A DNA stretch of 64,000 nt, taken from positions 124,001 through 188,000 of IMG/VR virus record IMGVR_UViG_3300044701_002789, one strand, 5' to 3'. The position numbers were made by a program, and so were the translations under genes. A model generated the notes under the pieces. It was not told where the DNA came from. It made no database searches and was given only the letters and a program-made list of their open reading frames with translations. Position 1 is the stretch's first letter. Each line of letters starts with the position of its first letter. Shown piece by piece: positions 12,601 through 19,775 of the stretch.

Positions 12601-12860
12601 CCTTGAATAGATTCAACATATATTTCATCATCAAAAAAAGTAATATCCGTAACTAGATTTGTGCTATCTATCAGATTTGTAATATTATCAATTTGCACAT
12701 ATTTGTCTATATTTTGTAGAAGATCAAGTGTTTGTCCTTGATTTTCAATAGACTTATAATATTCTTTCAAAAATTCCAATACTAACGGAAATTCTTCTCT
12801 TACATATTCTGGAACTAGATTTTCTAGAATTAGATTGAATTTTACTCTGTTATTAATCAT
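699..12860 (-). CDS. Giant virion structural protein in gp7 position (baseplate wedge initiator-like), 4053 aa
   Basis: Between gp6 and gp8; N-terminus (VPEYVREEFP...FLKEYY, FYTSKGT...SFELLFRALF) resembles gp7-type starts; many beta-rich repeats; YHYH-like segment (SPIIGWAYDGNPIYGPYGY...DLDKHNGR). Confidence 0.8.
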   Translation of the reverse strand: MINNRVKFNLILENLVPEYVREEFPLVLEFLKEYYKSIENQGQTLDLLQNIDKYVQIDNITNLIDSTNLVTDITFFDDEIYVESIQGFPKRNGLLQIDSEVIFYEKILEFQKVENINIIIPTNSNIVYPIDVIGSLSDYAGCLLRIKDEDNNIIKIIKIDSIGSGLSLILSDIPFISDETFESEYVCEIVGSRFIGCKRGFSGVTSYTSINAIDKLTFSESESNDHIFGSIVKNLSILFLKEFFRKIKYQIAPGFQNIEFFGDLNESTFVKNIREFYTSKGTDCSFELLFRALFGSDVEIIKPRDYLIIPSDAQYRVFRNIIVESVNGDPRKLANRTLYQDQFAGINPAKGIVSKVEKVQKDSKDYYIISLDNTKENSYDLIFGNFSIHPKTKVTFESQIGSSYIDVDSTIGFPESGELVVEYENQTSDIITYKSKTSTQFLECEGITQSIPLLTDVKLNTFVYSIVDGETISVRIVGVISDLDLIDNSYYNKIGDEIEVKTLGIELDDVRSENWFFNIPVSYDVSSVSILDNNENQKDYEVILFDKHILKIGDPITLSSSLGQKSDGLVISFINEKTVAVRIKDLLDPSLKYILNKNISKVDSSNYKSLNQYSSNVQNVYSDANNEIYVNSQSLPNYLYEPLTINDNSIVFSGSYNNTEELNIGPHNFYTGDSVIYKPGEGSNKLNIEKGIYFVKRVNSTTIKLSRSRNNIYTNINFLRLSGDVVNNKLEFTKFNFPNLETKLLEPQNILRKITPDFDKSDSTTLPGTIGILVNGVELLNYKSNDQIFYGEIKSIIPSSEGSGYDVINPPDLIISDPIGFGAQAYCAVNGSLDRIDIVDPGFDYLEVPKIQIAGGNGTGASAVAELVNYNYSVNFDISNVNVITDTIGFSTYHNFRTGEVVKYLPLNNIPVSGLTTNSIYYISVIDNLNIKLHKSFEDSVSGINTLPLSNVGGKYHRLTSENLKRKLGSIRVVNGGKNYQNKKRICYPTGINTYSDTILINNHGYSSGEIITYNSTQGSPIGLTSSTSYYVTKINDNEFKLSQIGISTLGISTSFYYETRQYVKLSSQGAGKHIFNYPKIEVTISGKVGTYSTVQTYQAKIQPIFSGKIESVFIEDGGNSYGSNEILNYTKQPEIKLLTGTDAQVEPIISDGKIVDVIIKNPGKNYYSTPKLEITGSGSGCILTPVVKFGVLFEVKIISSGAGYNNQTKIDVIPPGIGAKFEASIQSWRINIVERIFRNNTITSDDGVIYEGKGKNSSLEYTHLYAPRKLRSSVFGTRTINGSTIYSQDLELIDGKESDSVSHSPIIGWAYDGNPIYGPYGYSSITGGSVKQMIPGYELVIKDNRPNLDLYPLGIFIEDYEFLNTGDLDKHNGRYCITPEFPNGTYAYFSTFNTFVETREGSLFNKYKKPAFPYLIGNTYKSNPIKFNISINSNLNKFDLNKEKWLRNTKPYSLLNKNTYYNFIQNSDKNRRQISIVEQINSGKIDSVGIITGGYDYKVGDKLIVDDTNTSGFGFNASVSSIKGIKLLKVESATEIIDDVEILFNNSKLISFSTSPHNLFNNDIVTINSKYDFNARGLVKLTQNNLVLTTGIGSTLTTGIITYLNVSGNLNYPNVRENDVYQIDQEKVKILAIDKNSSRIKVLREFDNSVGVNSAVSGSILTEKTRKFEIRLNSSGLSTESILDVNKEIYFDPNETIGIGTTSGVGITSTIYFSNPGVGITFISIPTKSLYLPEHNLETGDELTYSTNNGSSILVSLDGINGFSLPNDSKVYVSRISSNLIGISTDNNNTLYFLSSGSGINHSFKTNYKNIFKGRVSKTIVTSTTDGSHNLLLNDEINLKIQSKTIETFKVRYNKNNRRLLINPINFLSSAVNVDDNTIRLPNHGLRSGQKIIYTSSSPSLGLVNNEIYYVINVSSDDIGLSSTLYDSTKNFPSFINIESSSSGTISPINPKINITKNNQVIFDLSDSSLSFKNNSFDYSAFKFTLYTDSNFSNEFETSEKNTIFNVRRFGKVGIDTDARLVIDSTENIDGDLFYNLTPINLKINDKENIEIISDTDVIEANKISFNESLLNGNHTIVGISTTSFNFNLIGNPEKSEYNTNNSSLYYTTNSKNCSGEISDIKIFSGGSNYKSVPFVKSISSDNGYGAVLKLNSKSIGSILKTKKLDVSFDYSSDFTIRPTSIQPLLFEVENISLVDNVEVLLPGKNYTIPPKLILIDGYTNKIIEDLELDYDIRNRKVTIIKNTLGISDYIPKIIPVNNSNGIDIRNISYNNITKNVTVILNPGFSREQDFPFDIGDKVFIENISVGISSDGKGYNSSDYDYQLFEITSVDKNIGGSGGSVTYNISKYLSGNDNPGQFDSFNSSGKIIPEKYLPSFRVNTKKKEFYINESIESGSSKGKIQSIDLFNNILKISSKDKFNPGDILKGTSSNSVAQIKSVTTFNSVYNINSNFMGEEGWERETGFLNNTTQRIHDSNYYQYFSYDLKSNIDYETWNPYVSNLNHTSGFKKFGSLVIDSKSDYTGISTEQNQSDFVGISHINQIVDLNCYHDFDLVKENNITINNESVTDQIIFNSKFIQDYIESIGNRVLVIDDLSDTFNSNPRSDIYSVVDSFDLENIYKKYFIFIRDKVFVDFKQSSMVSLIQNNEFGYLSQYGVVGNISDLGYFEFRRSGSFGNLLFFPKKFDFGSYDVSYISFDLYNTITGIGQTSFGNDPTLITTQTNVTDGVTTKIVGIPTSYKGSKVLVHIRSYDDTIPNDAYYEVHELTLLHNDVDVSVLEYGQFNTSSLLENSGVGIATYNAYISNNELILDIKTNVGSGVSFVVNTSAISIGNDSPNTVSYLDFREGTIASGSIFIAANSLPFPSVAVSMPNNCETSYIISLVHDLTNNEYSISEIITLKDEISGELLVTEYGILNTDTNIGVYSADNTYGTDSYNLLFTPNPNIDVKVTYFQMSLGRFDDAYNNPNILDLNNYTLSSGYGEYFGTSLDIRKEFNLTYKGSTIFEKVFNASSSEVVNINDSSVLLSYHFFTTGEEIEYRYNNSDTSSENAIEITPTFISGIGVTDKLPTTLYIVKDSDIKVRVSASASQSLQSIPDVLNFTNLGIGTEHKFISKKRNEKSLIAIDNVIQSPIVSTSTTAGLTTSMSRINLYLSVDDSEDLFGGDLIKVNNEIMLIRAVDSPIKNVLLVDRSLLGTGISSHPKNSTVFKVKGNYNIVDNKIYFSEAPFGKVPVSNPNARFDEIDYFGLEISSRFNGRVFLRSGISNSNDDTYINNKIIDDISSEFNTIKSTFELKYDSSNITGISTDNAIVLVNSAVQYPELSYVLTENAGITTIKVNSPESTTYDSRIISLPKGGIILSVGSSEGFGYQPLVSAGGKPVVSSSGTIQSILINNTGSGYRPGIQTSVNVSVLKTDSSDYESEVVGIASIINGEVVSVTITNPGSGYTSTNPPDVVFDPPYSYTDIPLVYSNDSGSIGIGTEATVNIIVGQSSNVVDFEFKNLGYGYKKGDVLTIDIGGQTGIPTTSNFVEFKIFVDSIFSDSFSAWTVGGLQILDSFEDLFDGTRKRFPISIDGNLVSIVSKKGSNIDIQSTLLVFVNDILQVPGEGYVFNGGSIIEFTESPKPEDKCSIIFYTGTSNVDTFNFDILETVKIGDELTINSDDPLYQEKTRIIESITNVDTTKTNFYNDQGIDRESTRFRPVLWCKQTEDKIINGNYVGKDRVYYEPYIYPTTNIIQNVGLGTDIIFVESVKTFFDSEKEYFHNGVNEKPQNKIIIISQDSVTSAAATAIVSSSGTISSIIINDGGIGYSTDPSISISNPIGLGTTGRAQAQSFITNGSVSSVSISTGGFGYDQMQPPEILFESPSPKYEILDNISYEGDFGVITGISTISVGAALTGIVFDLFIPQDSVLRDTDIVKVGIATTGISGIQTGYYFIVKNSNLGNGLKSLDLSGNVLSIGNSFIDNTYQVASVSIAQTSVPGIGITYVAKVIVGVSSYNNLTGLGFSDFYGEYSWGRISSSTEKTENEFISYGYNGISTSPVIQRFNRLKYIGYSTT

Positions 12861-12861
12861 T

Positions 12862-14784
12862 TTACTTTCTTATAAAATTTCCGTTAGAATAACTTGATGT
12901 TGTTTTATAAATCGTTCCGGATATATCGGAACCGGAAGAAATTGGATCAGATATCATATTAATAATACTATTATTGATATCTAGTTGTAAATATAAATCT
13001 TGTAGTCCAATTATATCATTTGATTTTGGTATTGCAGATATTTCTATAATAGGATTGTTAAACTTTTCTTTTCCTGCTCTTATGATATTTACTGGATATA
13101 TAATCACCTCTCCCTTCTCATAATCAATTTTTCCTGCATTCGGATTGACAATATATGGCAAAGAATTTTCAATATTTATTTTGAAAAATATAATTCTTCC
13201 AGTTTTTTTATTTGAATCTGGTATGTCTGATAAGTATAAATCTTCTAAAATACCAGAAACCCCAAAAGATGAAGATTTTATATTATAACCACTTTCATTT
13301 TTAATGTGGAAACCATTACCAAAACAAATTTCATACTCCGCAAATTGATTTAACAAAACTTTCAAATCTCTTCTCATATTAATTTTAGTTATATTTGATG
13401 TTATTGCCTTATTTGTTTCATCAATTATTTTTAAAAATTTACTATATTTAAATCTAGCACCATATTTATTCAATTCTGTAGAATCTGAATATCTAATTAA
13501 ATTGTTTAAGATTTGAGTTTTTAAGTCTGAAGGTGATTGTGAAAAACTAGTATTATAATAAACAGAGGAGTCAAACTCAATATAAAGATACTTTAAGTCT
13601 AATATTTCAGTAACAATTCCAGCAACACTGTATTTTCTTAATAAATTTTTAAGATTGTCTTTAATTGTTTCCGGAAGAACCTCTCCTTCAAAAGGTTTAA
13701 TTGTAATAAAGACTTTTCCATATCTTGGAGGATCCAATTCTTCACCACCAAAAACAGAAACAGATTCTGCTTCTGGGTACAGCATAGTAACAATATTTTC
13801 ATAATCGGAAGAGGTTACGGCTCTTTTTTGTGAAGAATATAACCTAGGCGCATATTTTCTAATTGAATCTATTGATTCAATTTCTTTTCCACCTTGAGAT
13901 GGAGAAATGGTACTAATTAAAGATACTCCTGATGCAATTACCCGAGCATTATTATCTACTAGTCTTCCTATAAAGGAAAATGATTCAATACCATTAGAAC
14001 TTTCACCGTTTGATACAATATAGGTAACTTCTACTACATTTGAATTATCAAGTTTTTTTCCAAATATTCCATCACCAAATATAATTTCATATCTTTGATC
14101 TTCTATTTCTTGTAGAAAAAATACTCTACTTTTATCATTAACTACACATAAGTCTTCACATAAGTTAAATTTATTAATAATACTACTTTCTTGGGAATTT
14201 CTAATATTAACTGACAGAGTTGAAGTATCAATATTTGCATTATTTAATATAAATTTTTGTTCTGAATTATTTACATCCACAATGAAAGATTGATTTACAT
14301 AGGAACCTTCGTAAATCGTGATATTATCAAACAAGGCTATTCCATTTACTACTGGAACAGTGATATCTTCAATAATTGAAAATGTATAATTCTGACCATT
14401 AGATGCAACAGAACTTACACACACCAATCCTTTTTGAAGAGTAACCGTTAATGGCGCAGTTTCTGCTGTTGATATGCTTGTAGTATCTACGAAAAAAGAT
14501 ATATTTGCTCTTGAGGAGGTTCGGGATCTTGGTGTATACCCAATATGCTTTGCTAATGAAACAACATTCTCACGCAAAGTGGCACTATCAATAAAAACTT
14601 CATTGCTAATCATATTAGCATTATATGAAGAGATATAGGTATTATATGCTAATAGATCTATAATTGTAGAAAGATTTGATCCTTCAAAATCATAATCGGT
14701 AAAATTTGAATTTGATCTCAAATACTCGCGGATTGATGATTTAATTTGATCAAAATCTAAGTTTGTGAAATTAACTAATGCCAT
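12862..14784 (-). CDS. gp6: Baseplate wedge subunit gp6
   Basis: LDFDQIKSSIREYLRSNSNFTDYDFEGSNLS...LAYNTY, ESIDSIRKYAP...RAVTSSDY motifs. Confidence 0.95.
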   Translation of the reverse strand: MALVNFTNLDFDQIKSSIREYLRSNSNFTDYDFEGSNLSTIIDLLAYNTYISSYNANMISNEVFIDSATLRENVVSLAKHIGYTPRSRTSSRANISFFVDTTSISTAETAPLTVTLQKGLVCVSSVASNGQNYTFSIIEDITVPVVNGIALFDNITIYEGSYVNQSFIVDVNNSEQKFILNNANIDTSTLSVNIRNSQESSIINKFNLCEDLCVVNDKSRVFFLQEIEDQRYEIIFGDGIFGKKLDNSNVVEVTYIVSNGESSNGIESFSFIGRLVDNNARVIASGVSLISTISPSQGGKEIESIDSIRKYAPRLYSSQKRAVTSSDYENIVTMLYPEAESVSVFGGEELDPPRYGKVFITIKPFEGEVLPETIKDNLKNLLRKYSVAGIVTEILDLKYLYIEFDSSVYYNTSFSQSPSDLKTQILNNLIRYSDSTELNKYGARFKYSKFLKIIDETNKAITSNITKINMRRDLKVLLNQFAEYEICFGNGFHIKNESGYNIKSSSFGVSGILEDLYLSDIPDSNKKTGRIIFFKINIENSLPYIVNPNAGKIDYEKGEVIIYPVNIIRAGKEKFNNPIIEISAIPKSNDIIGLQDLYLQLDINNSIINMISDPISSGSDISGTIYKTTSSYSNGNFIRK

Positions 14785-15185
14785 TATCGGGTTGGCTGAA
14801 GTGCAAAGGATAACTGTTGCGGTAATACATCAATACCAACAATCAAATACTGTATTGTCACATTAAATTCGCCGTTATCATAATCTGGTGATACGATAAC
14901 ATCAATTAGATTGACTCTTGGTTCATAATTTTTAATAGTATTTTCAATCTCATCTTTGATTATAGATGCTGAAATTTCATCAAGATTTTCAAAAAGTGAT
15001 CTTGAAACTCTAGAACCTAAATTTTGATTGAAAAATTTTTCTCCAGGTTGGGTAAGTACAAGATTTCTCACTGATCTTGCGATTGCAGATTCATTCCTGA
15101 GCGCCACAAGATCATAATTCAGAGGATTAACCTGAAATGACATACTTATATCTTTGAACCCTTTACTTACCCTCTCTAGAGGCAT
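14784..15185 (-). CDS. gp25: Baseplate wedge subunit gp25
   Basis: FKDISMSF...NESAIARSVRNLVLTQPGEKFFNQNLGS...YEPRV motifs; adjacent to gp6. Confidence 0.95.
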   Translation of the reverse strand: MPLERVSKGFKDISMSFQVNPLNYDLVALRNESAIARSVRNLVLTQPGEKFFNQNLGSRVSRSLFENLDEISASIIKDEIENTIKNYEPRVNLIDVIVSPDYDNGEFNVTIQYLIVGIDVLPQQLSFALQPTR

Positions 15186-15214
15186 AAAACTGAATAATAA
15201 TTTATATTATTTAT

Positions 15215-15469
15215 TCAGTTTTTTTGGAATTCATAAAGAGGTTCCGTGCCGTATTCCCAATCATCATAATCATCATCATTGCGGATTTTTTCGTGAATCT
15301 CATTTTGAATCAAAAAATCATGCTTTTTGGGTGTAATGTCATCGTTTGAGATTTCACGAAGCATTTTTTGCTTATTAACTTTTGATTCCCAACCATATTC
15401 ACTTGACAAATATTGTGTACCCCACTGACTTCTCATAAAGTTTTCATCTTTATCTACTTTTTTAGTCAT
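15215..15469 (-). CDS. Hypothetical protein
   Basis: Co-directional ORF; resembles small cyanomyovirus ORFs upstream of gp25. Confidence 0.7.
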   Translation of the reverse strand: MTKKVDKDENFMRSQWGTQYLSSEYGWESKVNKQKMLREISNDDITPKKHDFLIQNEIHEKIRNDDDYDDWEYGTEPLYEFQKN

Positions 15470-15488
15470 TTTTTGTTCTCCTGATTTT

Positions 15489-15977
15489 TTATAAATCAGA
15501 ACTTTTTACGGGGTTACTATCCCGGTTAATAATATCATAATCCTCCTCAAGAATTTCTTTCAAATACTCATCATCCCACAGATCATAATACGAGGTTTTA
15601 GCTAGTTTTTTTCTAAATTCTCTGAGTTCTTTTCTGGATTGCCCTAAAATTAAATTATATTTGCCATTATTTGTTTTAACGCCATTAATATAAGTATCAT
15701 AAGATCCACAATCTTTAAAAAATTTCCAATCAGGGTTTTGGAGATTATGATAGTTTACCCAATATTGGACTTCCTCTAAGTTGAAATGATCTTCAATAAT
15801 AAAAATGATGACCTCATAATTATCTATTGGAATTATGTTTTCTGCATTACATTCAATAATTTTGTAGTTTGATCGAGAAGAAAAAGGACATATAGAAAAC
15901 CCCTTCAATTCTTCTCGTGTTTTTGAAACTTCATGAATCCAATTTAAGATATAAGATTCCTTTTCTACAAAAGACAT
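15489..15977 (-). CDS. Hypothetical protein
   Basis: Co-directional ORF; no family recognised. Confidence 0.7.
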   Translation of the reverse strand: MSFVEKESYILNWIHEVSKTREELKGFSICPFSSRSNYKIIECNAENIIPIDNYEVIIFIIEDHFNLEEVQYWVNYHNLQNPDWKFFKDCGSYDTYINGVKTNNGKYNLILGQSRKELREFRKKLAKTSYYDLWDDEYLKEILEEDYDIINRDSNPVKSSDL

Positions 15978-16018
15978 AAAAAAAAGAGTGCTTAATTATA
16001 TTTAAGCACTCTATGAAA

Positions 16019-16159
16019 TTATTTACCTTGACCTCGGTATTTTTTTCTTGCCTTGTTCTTTGAAGTCGCGGCATACTTTGTATTCTTCCCAAGACCCTGA
16101 CGGGTAGACTTGGGATGTGCTTCAATTTGTTCTCCGTTGAGATTAGGTCGCTTTGCCAT
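16019..16159 (-). CDS. Small basic protein, 46 aa (MAKRPNLNGEQIEAHPKSTRQG...RKKYRGQGK)
   Basis: Hand-translated; fills gap between flanking genes; below ORF-track cut-off. Confidence 0.7.
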   Translation of the reverse strand: MAKRPNLNGEQIEAHPKSTRQGLGKNTKYAATSKNKARKKYRGQGK

Positions 16160-16178
16160 AGTTTAATACTCCAAATAA

Positions 16179-16955
16179 TTAAATAACTCTTGTTTTTTCG
16201 TGACCGACTCTTACGCGAGGGTCACACCAGATTTCAAAACCTGCGTCTTTTGCGTCAAGGCAGAATGAAACATCTTCCCCACACATGTCCTGAACGGCGC
16301 CTGATTCAAAAACTTGCATCTTAGGAGCAAACCAAGGATACTCAAGATTTTCAAAAACACCTTTCTTAATAAGGACCCAACCAAATCCAGTATAATCAAC
16401 TGTAAATGGTTTACGACGCTTGCTGATGGTCTCAACAGTTTCGTGATTCATGACACCACCGTTACGACGAAAATCTTCTTCGTCTAACCAATGGGCAACA
16501 GAGGTTGTGACACCATCTTCTGTAGCATACCATCCGGCAACAATTGATTTTTCTTCGCCTTCTTCTGGTAGTGACATATCACATAACTGCCAAAACTTTT
16601 CTGTGTTGAAGACAATATCACTATCAATCCAAAGTTGATAATCATATTCCAGTCTTCCATCCCAAGGAACTTGTTTTGGTCCCCTTAGAACATTTGCTCC
16701 GAGACACTTGCATCTTGCAAAGTTTACCATTGAGGAATAATCCTGGGATATTTGAATGCTCATTCCGTTTTGTACTAGATCAAAACAGAGTTGAACAAAT
16801 GCCTTTAAGAAAATGAAAGAACATCCTCGTCCAGGTAGACAGAAGACAATAGATTTGCCTTTCATTCTTTCTTTAATTTTTTCGTAGTCCCACTCCTGTT
16901 TTGGTGCAGTTGTGGGAGGTTTCGCTTTTACTGTAAATCCACGAGCCATTTTCAA
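16179..16955 (-). CDS. Glycosyltransferase-like (GT-A fold) protein
   Basis: DxD motif (WIDSDIVF), YTGFGWVLIKKGVFE and GEDVSFC; likely start MARG at 16949. Confidence 0.7.
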   Translation of the reverse strand: MKMARGFTVKAKPPTTAPKQEWDYEKIKERMKGKSIVFCLPGRGCSFIFLKAFVQLCFDLVQNGMSIQISQDYSSMVNFARCKCLGANVLRGPKQVPWDGRLEYDYQLWIDSDIVFNTEKFWQLCDMSLPEEGEEKSIVAGWYATEDGVTTSVAHWLDEEDFRRNGGVMNHETVETISKRRKPFTVDYTGFGWVLIKKGVFENLEYPWFAPKMQVFESGAVQDMCGEDVSFCLDAKDAGFEIWCDPRVRVGHEKTRVI

Positions 16956-17431
16956 TCCTCTAATAAATGTTTAAAAGTTTTATTATTTACAACATAAGAA
17001 ATTGTAGAGCGATGCACATTATACATTTCCGCAAGTTTAATAGTTGTATAATTATCCGATTTATATAGTTGTCTAATTCTGATTACATCAGTATTTTTTA
17101 ATCTTGATGCCCCATTATTTTCGCCTTTTTGATTACCAGTATAACATCTTCCTTTATTGACTTTATCTTTGACATTATCAAGATTAGTTCCAGAAAACAA
17201 ATGTGAAGGATTAACACACTTTGGATTATCACATCTATGAAGACAGTGGAGATTTCCCAAAGGTTCTGCATAATGAATTTCATAAGAAATTCTATGCGCC
17301 TTTAAAGTTTTTTTGTTTCTGCAAATGTACCCATAACCATGAGCATCAATTTTTCCTTGCCATTCCCAACATTCATTATCATCAAGTATATCTGGAAGAT
17401 ACTTGGAAAATTTTTCCAATAAATTCATCAA
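16952..17431 (-). CDS. HNH homing endonuclease with C-terminal HTH
   Basis: CWEWQG...AHRISY...CLHRCDNPKCVNPSHLFSGTNLDN; C-terminal LAEMYNVHRSTIS. Confidence 0.9.
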   Translation of the reverse strand: MMNLLEKFSKYLPDILDDNECWEWQGKIDAHGYGYICRNKKTLKAHRISYEIHYAEPLGNLHCLHRCDNPKCVNPSHLFSGTNLDNVKDKVNKGRCYTGNQKGENNGASRLKNTDVIRIRQLYKSDNYTTIKLAEMYNVHRSTISYVVNNKTFKHLLED

Positions 17432-17481
17432 ATTTTTTTAACAAACCTCAAACTGATTATAACAGTCTATATAGGGACTTG

Positions 17482-17667
17482 TCAATGGGATGAGTTCAGC
17501 GCGATTTCCCGGTCTATGGTCACTTCCTCATAAGAGAGATCTGGACAGTCTGACAACAATTCTCCAAGGCGATTTAAGGCAATCCAAGTAGTATTGAACT
17601 CTTCCTCCTTCAGAGAATGATAAATGCAACTGTCTTTCACGTAGATGTGATAAAGTTTTTCAATCAT
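17482..17667 (-). CDS. Hypothetical protein
   Basis: Co-directional ORF. Confidence 0.65.
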   Translation of the reverse strand: MIEKLYHIYVKDSCIYHSLKEEEFNTTWIALNRLGELLSDCPDLSYEEVTIDREIALNSSH

Positions 17668-18051
17668 TTGATTTACTTCGTCAGTGCATTATATATCATT
17701 ACTAATAAGATTCCGAGAGGGATTCCAATGATCCTAAACATTTGCTTAGGATAGCGTATTAACCAACCGGCAAATACTACTTTCCAAAAATTCCAATATG
17801 GCGGATTTTTTCTGGGAGAATTTTTTTTATACATCGGATTTTACTTGGGGGGAATTTTTATACCTCGGAGGATTTTTTGTTTCTTGTGAGTCTTATAGAA
17901 CTAGCGTGGGTCAGAGTTGTTATAGATTAGGGTAGTTGAACGTTTTTCAATCGCTAGGCGCGACCCATAAGGCGCCCTTATCCATCGGCATACTGTCGAT
18001 AAGCACGGTTAATAGGTGTCATTTAGCACGTACACATAAAGTATAGAGAAA

Positions 18052-18073
18052 GGGGGAGAGACTGTCCCTCCCC
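18052..18073 (-). terminator. Hairpin after 18083 gene
   Basis: GGGGGAG...CTCCCCC inverted repeat with T-rich tail on minus strand. Confidence 0.6.
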
Positions 18074-18082
18074 CGGTATACC

Positions 18083-18832
18083 TCACCATCCGAACTTGTC
18101 GGCACAGATAGGACCAATCCCCCGCTCAATGCTCTCCGGATTCGTTAGTTCCCGCCCACAGCATGAGCACTCCCCGGATACCTTACCGTAGCGAATCGCT
18201 GCGGTGAGGGGATCGGACGCTGCCGCCATGATGATCGCTTTGACATCATCGGGCAGGCGCGAATCCAGCGCCTTTCGGGTAACTTTACCCAGGTACTTGG
18301 GTTGGATTCCGTAGTTCCCTTCCTCAGTCTCAGTCTGAGATGTAACCCACAGCGCAGACATGTCGCGGTTGGGTTTCACATTAACCCCGGCGAATCGCAG
18401 GGTCAAACGCTTAGCACCCTTGCTACGTGCTGCCTCGAAAGCATTAAACAGTGCCTCAAACATGGAGAGGTCAGCATCATTCACCTTAGCAACATTCTGC
18501 TGCTTTTTAACATTATCCACGGCAAGTTTATGTGCCCAGGCATACTGAGATGCGCTCAGACGATTAAACTTAGCGGCAAGATCTTGTGCAAATTGTGAAC
18601 GCTGACCGCGAAGGGATTGCAGCACCTCAGCATCACTCAGATCAGAGGTAAAGTTAATCAAACCGTCGCGGCGGGTTGTTACACTAAACTGCTGCACTTT
18701 ACGATCCTCACACTGCGCCAGATCGTGCTCAAGATTAGCTGCCGCCTGAGGATTAGTACCGTGCAGACCGCGCAGCACCCGCTCCAGCAGGGCGTCAGTT
18801 TCGTTATGGCGGGCGGTGGTGGCGGTAGTCAT
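18083..18832 (-). CDS. Protein with C-terminal DUF6011-like Zn finger
   Basis: CSCCGRELTNPESIERGIGPIC; start moved to MTTAT because a promoter lies at 18883-18936. Confidence 0.8.
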   Translation of the reverse strand: MTTATTARHNETDALLERVLRGLHGTNPQAAANLEHDLAQCEDRKVQQFSVTTRRDGLINFTSDLSDAEVLQSLRGQRSQFAQDLAAKFNRLSASQYAWAHKLAVDNVKKQQNVAKVNDADLSMFEALFNAFEAARSKGAKRLTLRFAGVNVKPNRDMSALWVTSQTETEEGNYGIQPKYLGKVTRKALDSRLPDDVKAIIMAAASDPLTAAIRYGKVSGECSCCGRELTNPESIERGIGPICADKFGW

Positions 18833-18882
18833 AACCCTGGAACCGGTGGGGGATTCGGCGCTCCCCCGTTGCGCTTGATGAC

Positions 18883-18936
18883 ATCCTAGACGATCGCGGG
18901 GCACCCCGGAGGGTGCCCGTTACAATCGTTCACACT
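18883..18936 (-). promoter_or_regulatory. Early promoter: direct-repeat box, GC hairpin, -10 TAGGAT
   Basis: GTTACAAT-CG-TTCACACT (+ strand), GGGCACCC-TCCG-GGGTGCCC, 30 nt to -10. Confidence 0.6.
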
Positions 18937-19229
18937 TCCTCAGGGATCGCCTGCAGGCGCCCATCCTGGCGAGCGCGGGCGATCATCCGCCCCAGCGACT
19001 CGCCTCGCAGGTCAGTGTACCCGAGAACGTCAAACAGATCCGCCGTAAAGGCGGGGTCGGCGTCGAACCCGTAGGCGCGGGTCGGGTTGCGGTGGAAGAT
19101 CACCTCAACGAACCCAGGGGCGCCCGTGAGCACGCTGCCGGGTTCGACGTGCAGGTTGCGGATCGCGCTGCTCTCCGCCTCGCTGAAGGTGCGATAGAAG
19201 GCGCCGGAGAGAACGGTGGCGGTAGTCAT
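18930..19229 (-). CDS. Hypothetical protein (MTTATVLSG...)
   Basis: Shares leader and first codons with 18083 gene. Confidence 0.7.
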   Translation of the reverse strand: MTTATVLSGAFYRTFSEAESSAIRNLHVEPGSVLTGAPGFVEVIFHRNPTRAYGFDADPAFTADLFDVLGYTDLRGESLGRMIARARQDGRLQAIPEEV

Positions 19230-19486
19230 AACCCTGGAACCGGTGGGGCATTCGTGCGCTGCCCCGTTGCGCTTGATAGAAGTGTACAGGATCGGGGGGA
19301 CCATCGGACGCCCGTAGGGTGAGGGTTAGGTGAAAGTTTCCTGAAAGTTCTAGGTGAAGATTTAACCATTAAAGGCAGGCAGGGGAAGTGGCGACCTTTT
19401 GCGTCATCGGGGCGACCCTGCCCCTCTCCCTGTTGTCCTCTCAGTCTACAGGATGGGGGGACCGTTGCCGATCCCCGATGGACACC

Positions 19487-19696
19487 TCACCGATTGGCAC
19501 GGCGGCGGCGCAGTTCGTCGCCGTAGGTACACGCCTCGTCGCTGTAGCGTCCCTCAGCGATCGGGTTCCACCCGCGCATAGCCGCCTCCGCCTGGCGGGC
19601 GTCACGGGCGCTGTAGAGCAGCTCTTCGTCGCTCATCGTCTTCGCTCGCGCCTCCCAGCGGGTAAAGTCGGCGGCGGTGGCGTGGTTGGCGATCAT
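19487..19696 (-). CDS. Hypothetical protein
   Basis: Own promoter at 19721-19775. Confidence 0.75.
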   Translation of the reverse strand: MIANHATAADFTRWEARAKTMSDEELLYSARDARQAEAAMRGWNPIAEGRYSDEACTYGDELRRRRANR

Positions 19697-19720
19697 GGTT
19701 CGCTTGCGGTTGACTCTGGA

Positions 19721-19775
19721 ATTGTAGCATGGCGGAGGGCACCCCGGAGGGTGCCCCGTAACCTTTGTTCACAAT
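19721..19775 (-). promoter_or_regulatory. Early promoter: direct-repeat box, GC hairpin, extended -10 TGCTACAAT
   Basis: Same GGGCACCCTCCGGGGTGCCC hairpin as at 18900-18918. Confidence 0.6.

Noticed and set aside
18919-19775. NtcA (GTA-N8-TAC) or CRP (TGTGA-N6-TCACA) sites in the first promoters
   Set aside because: Spacing or second half-site does not fit; a direct-repeat reading fits better.
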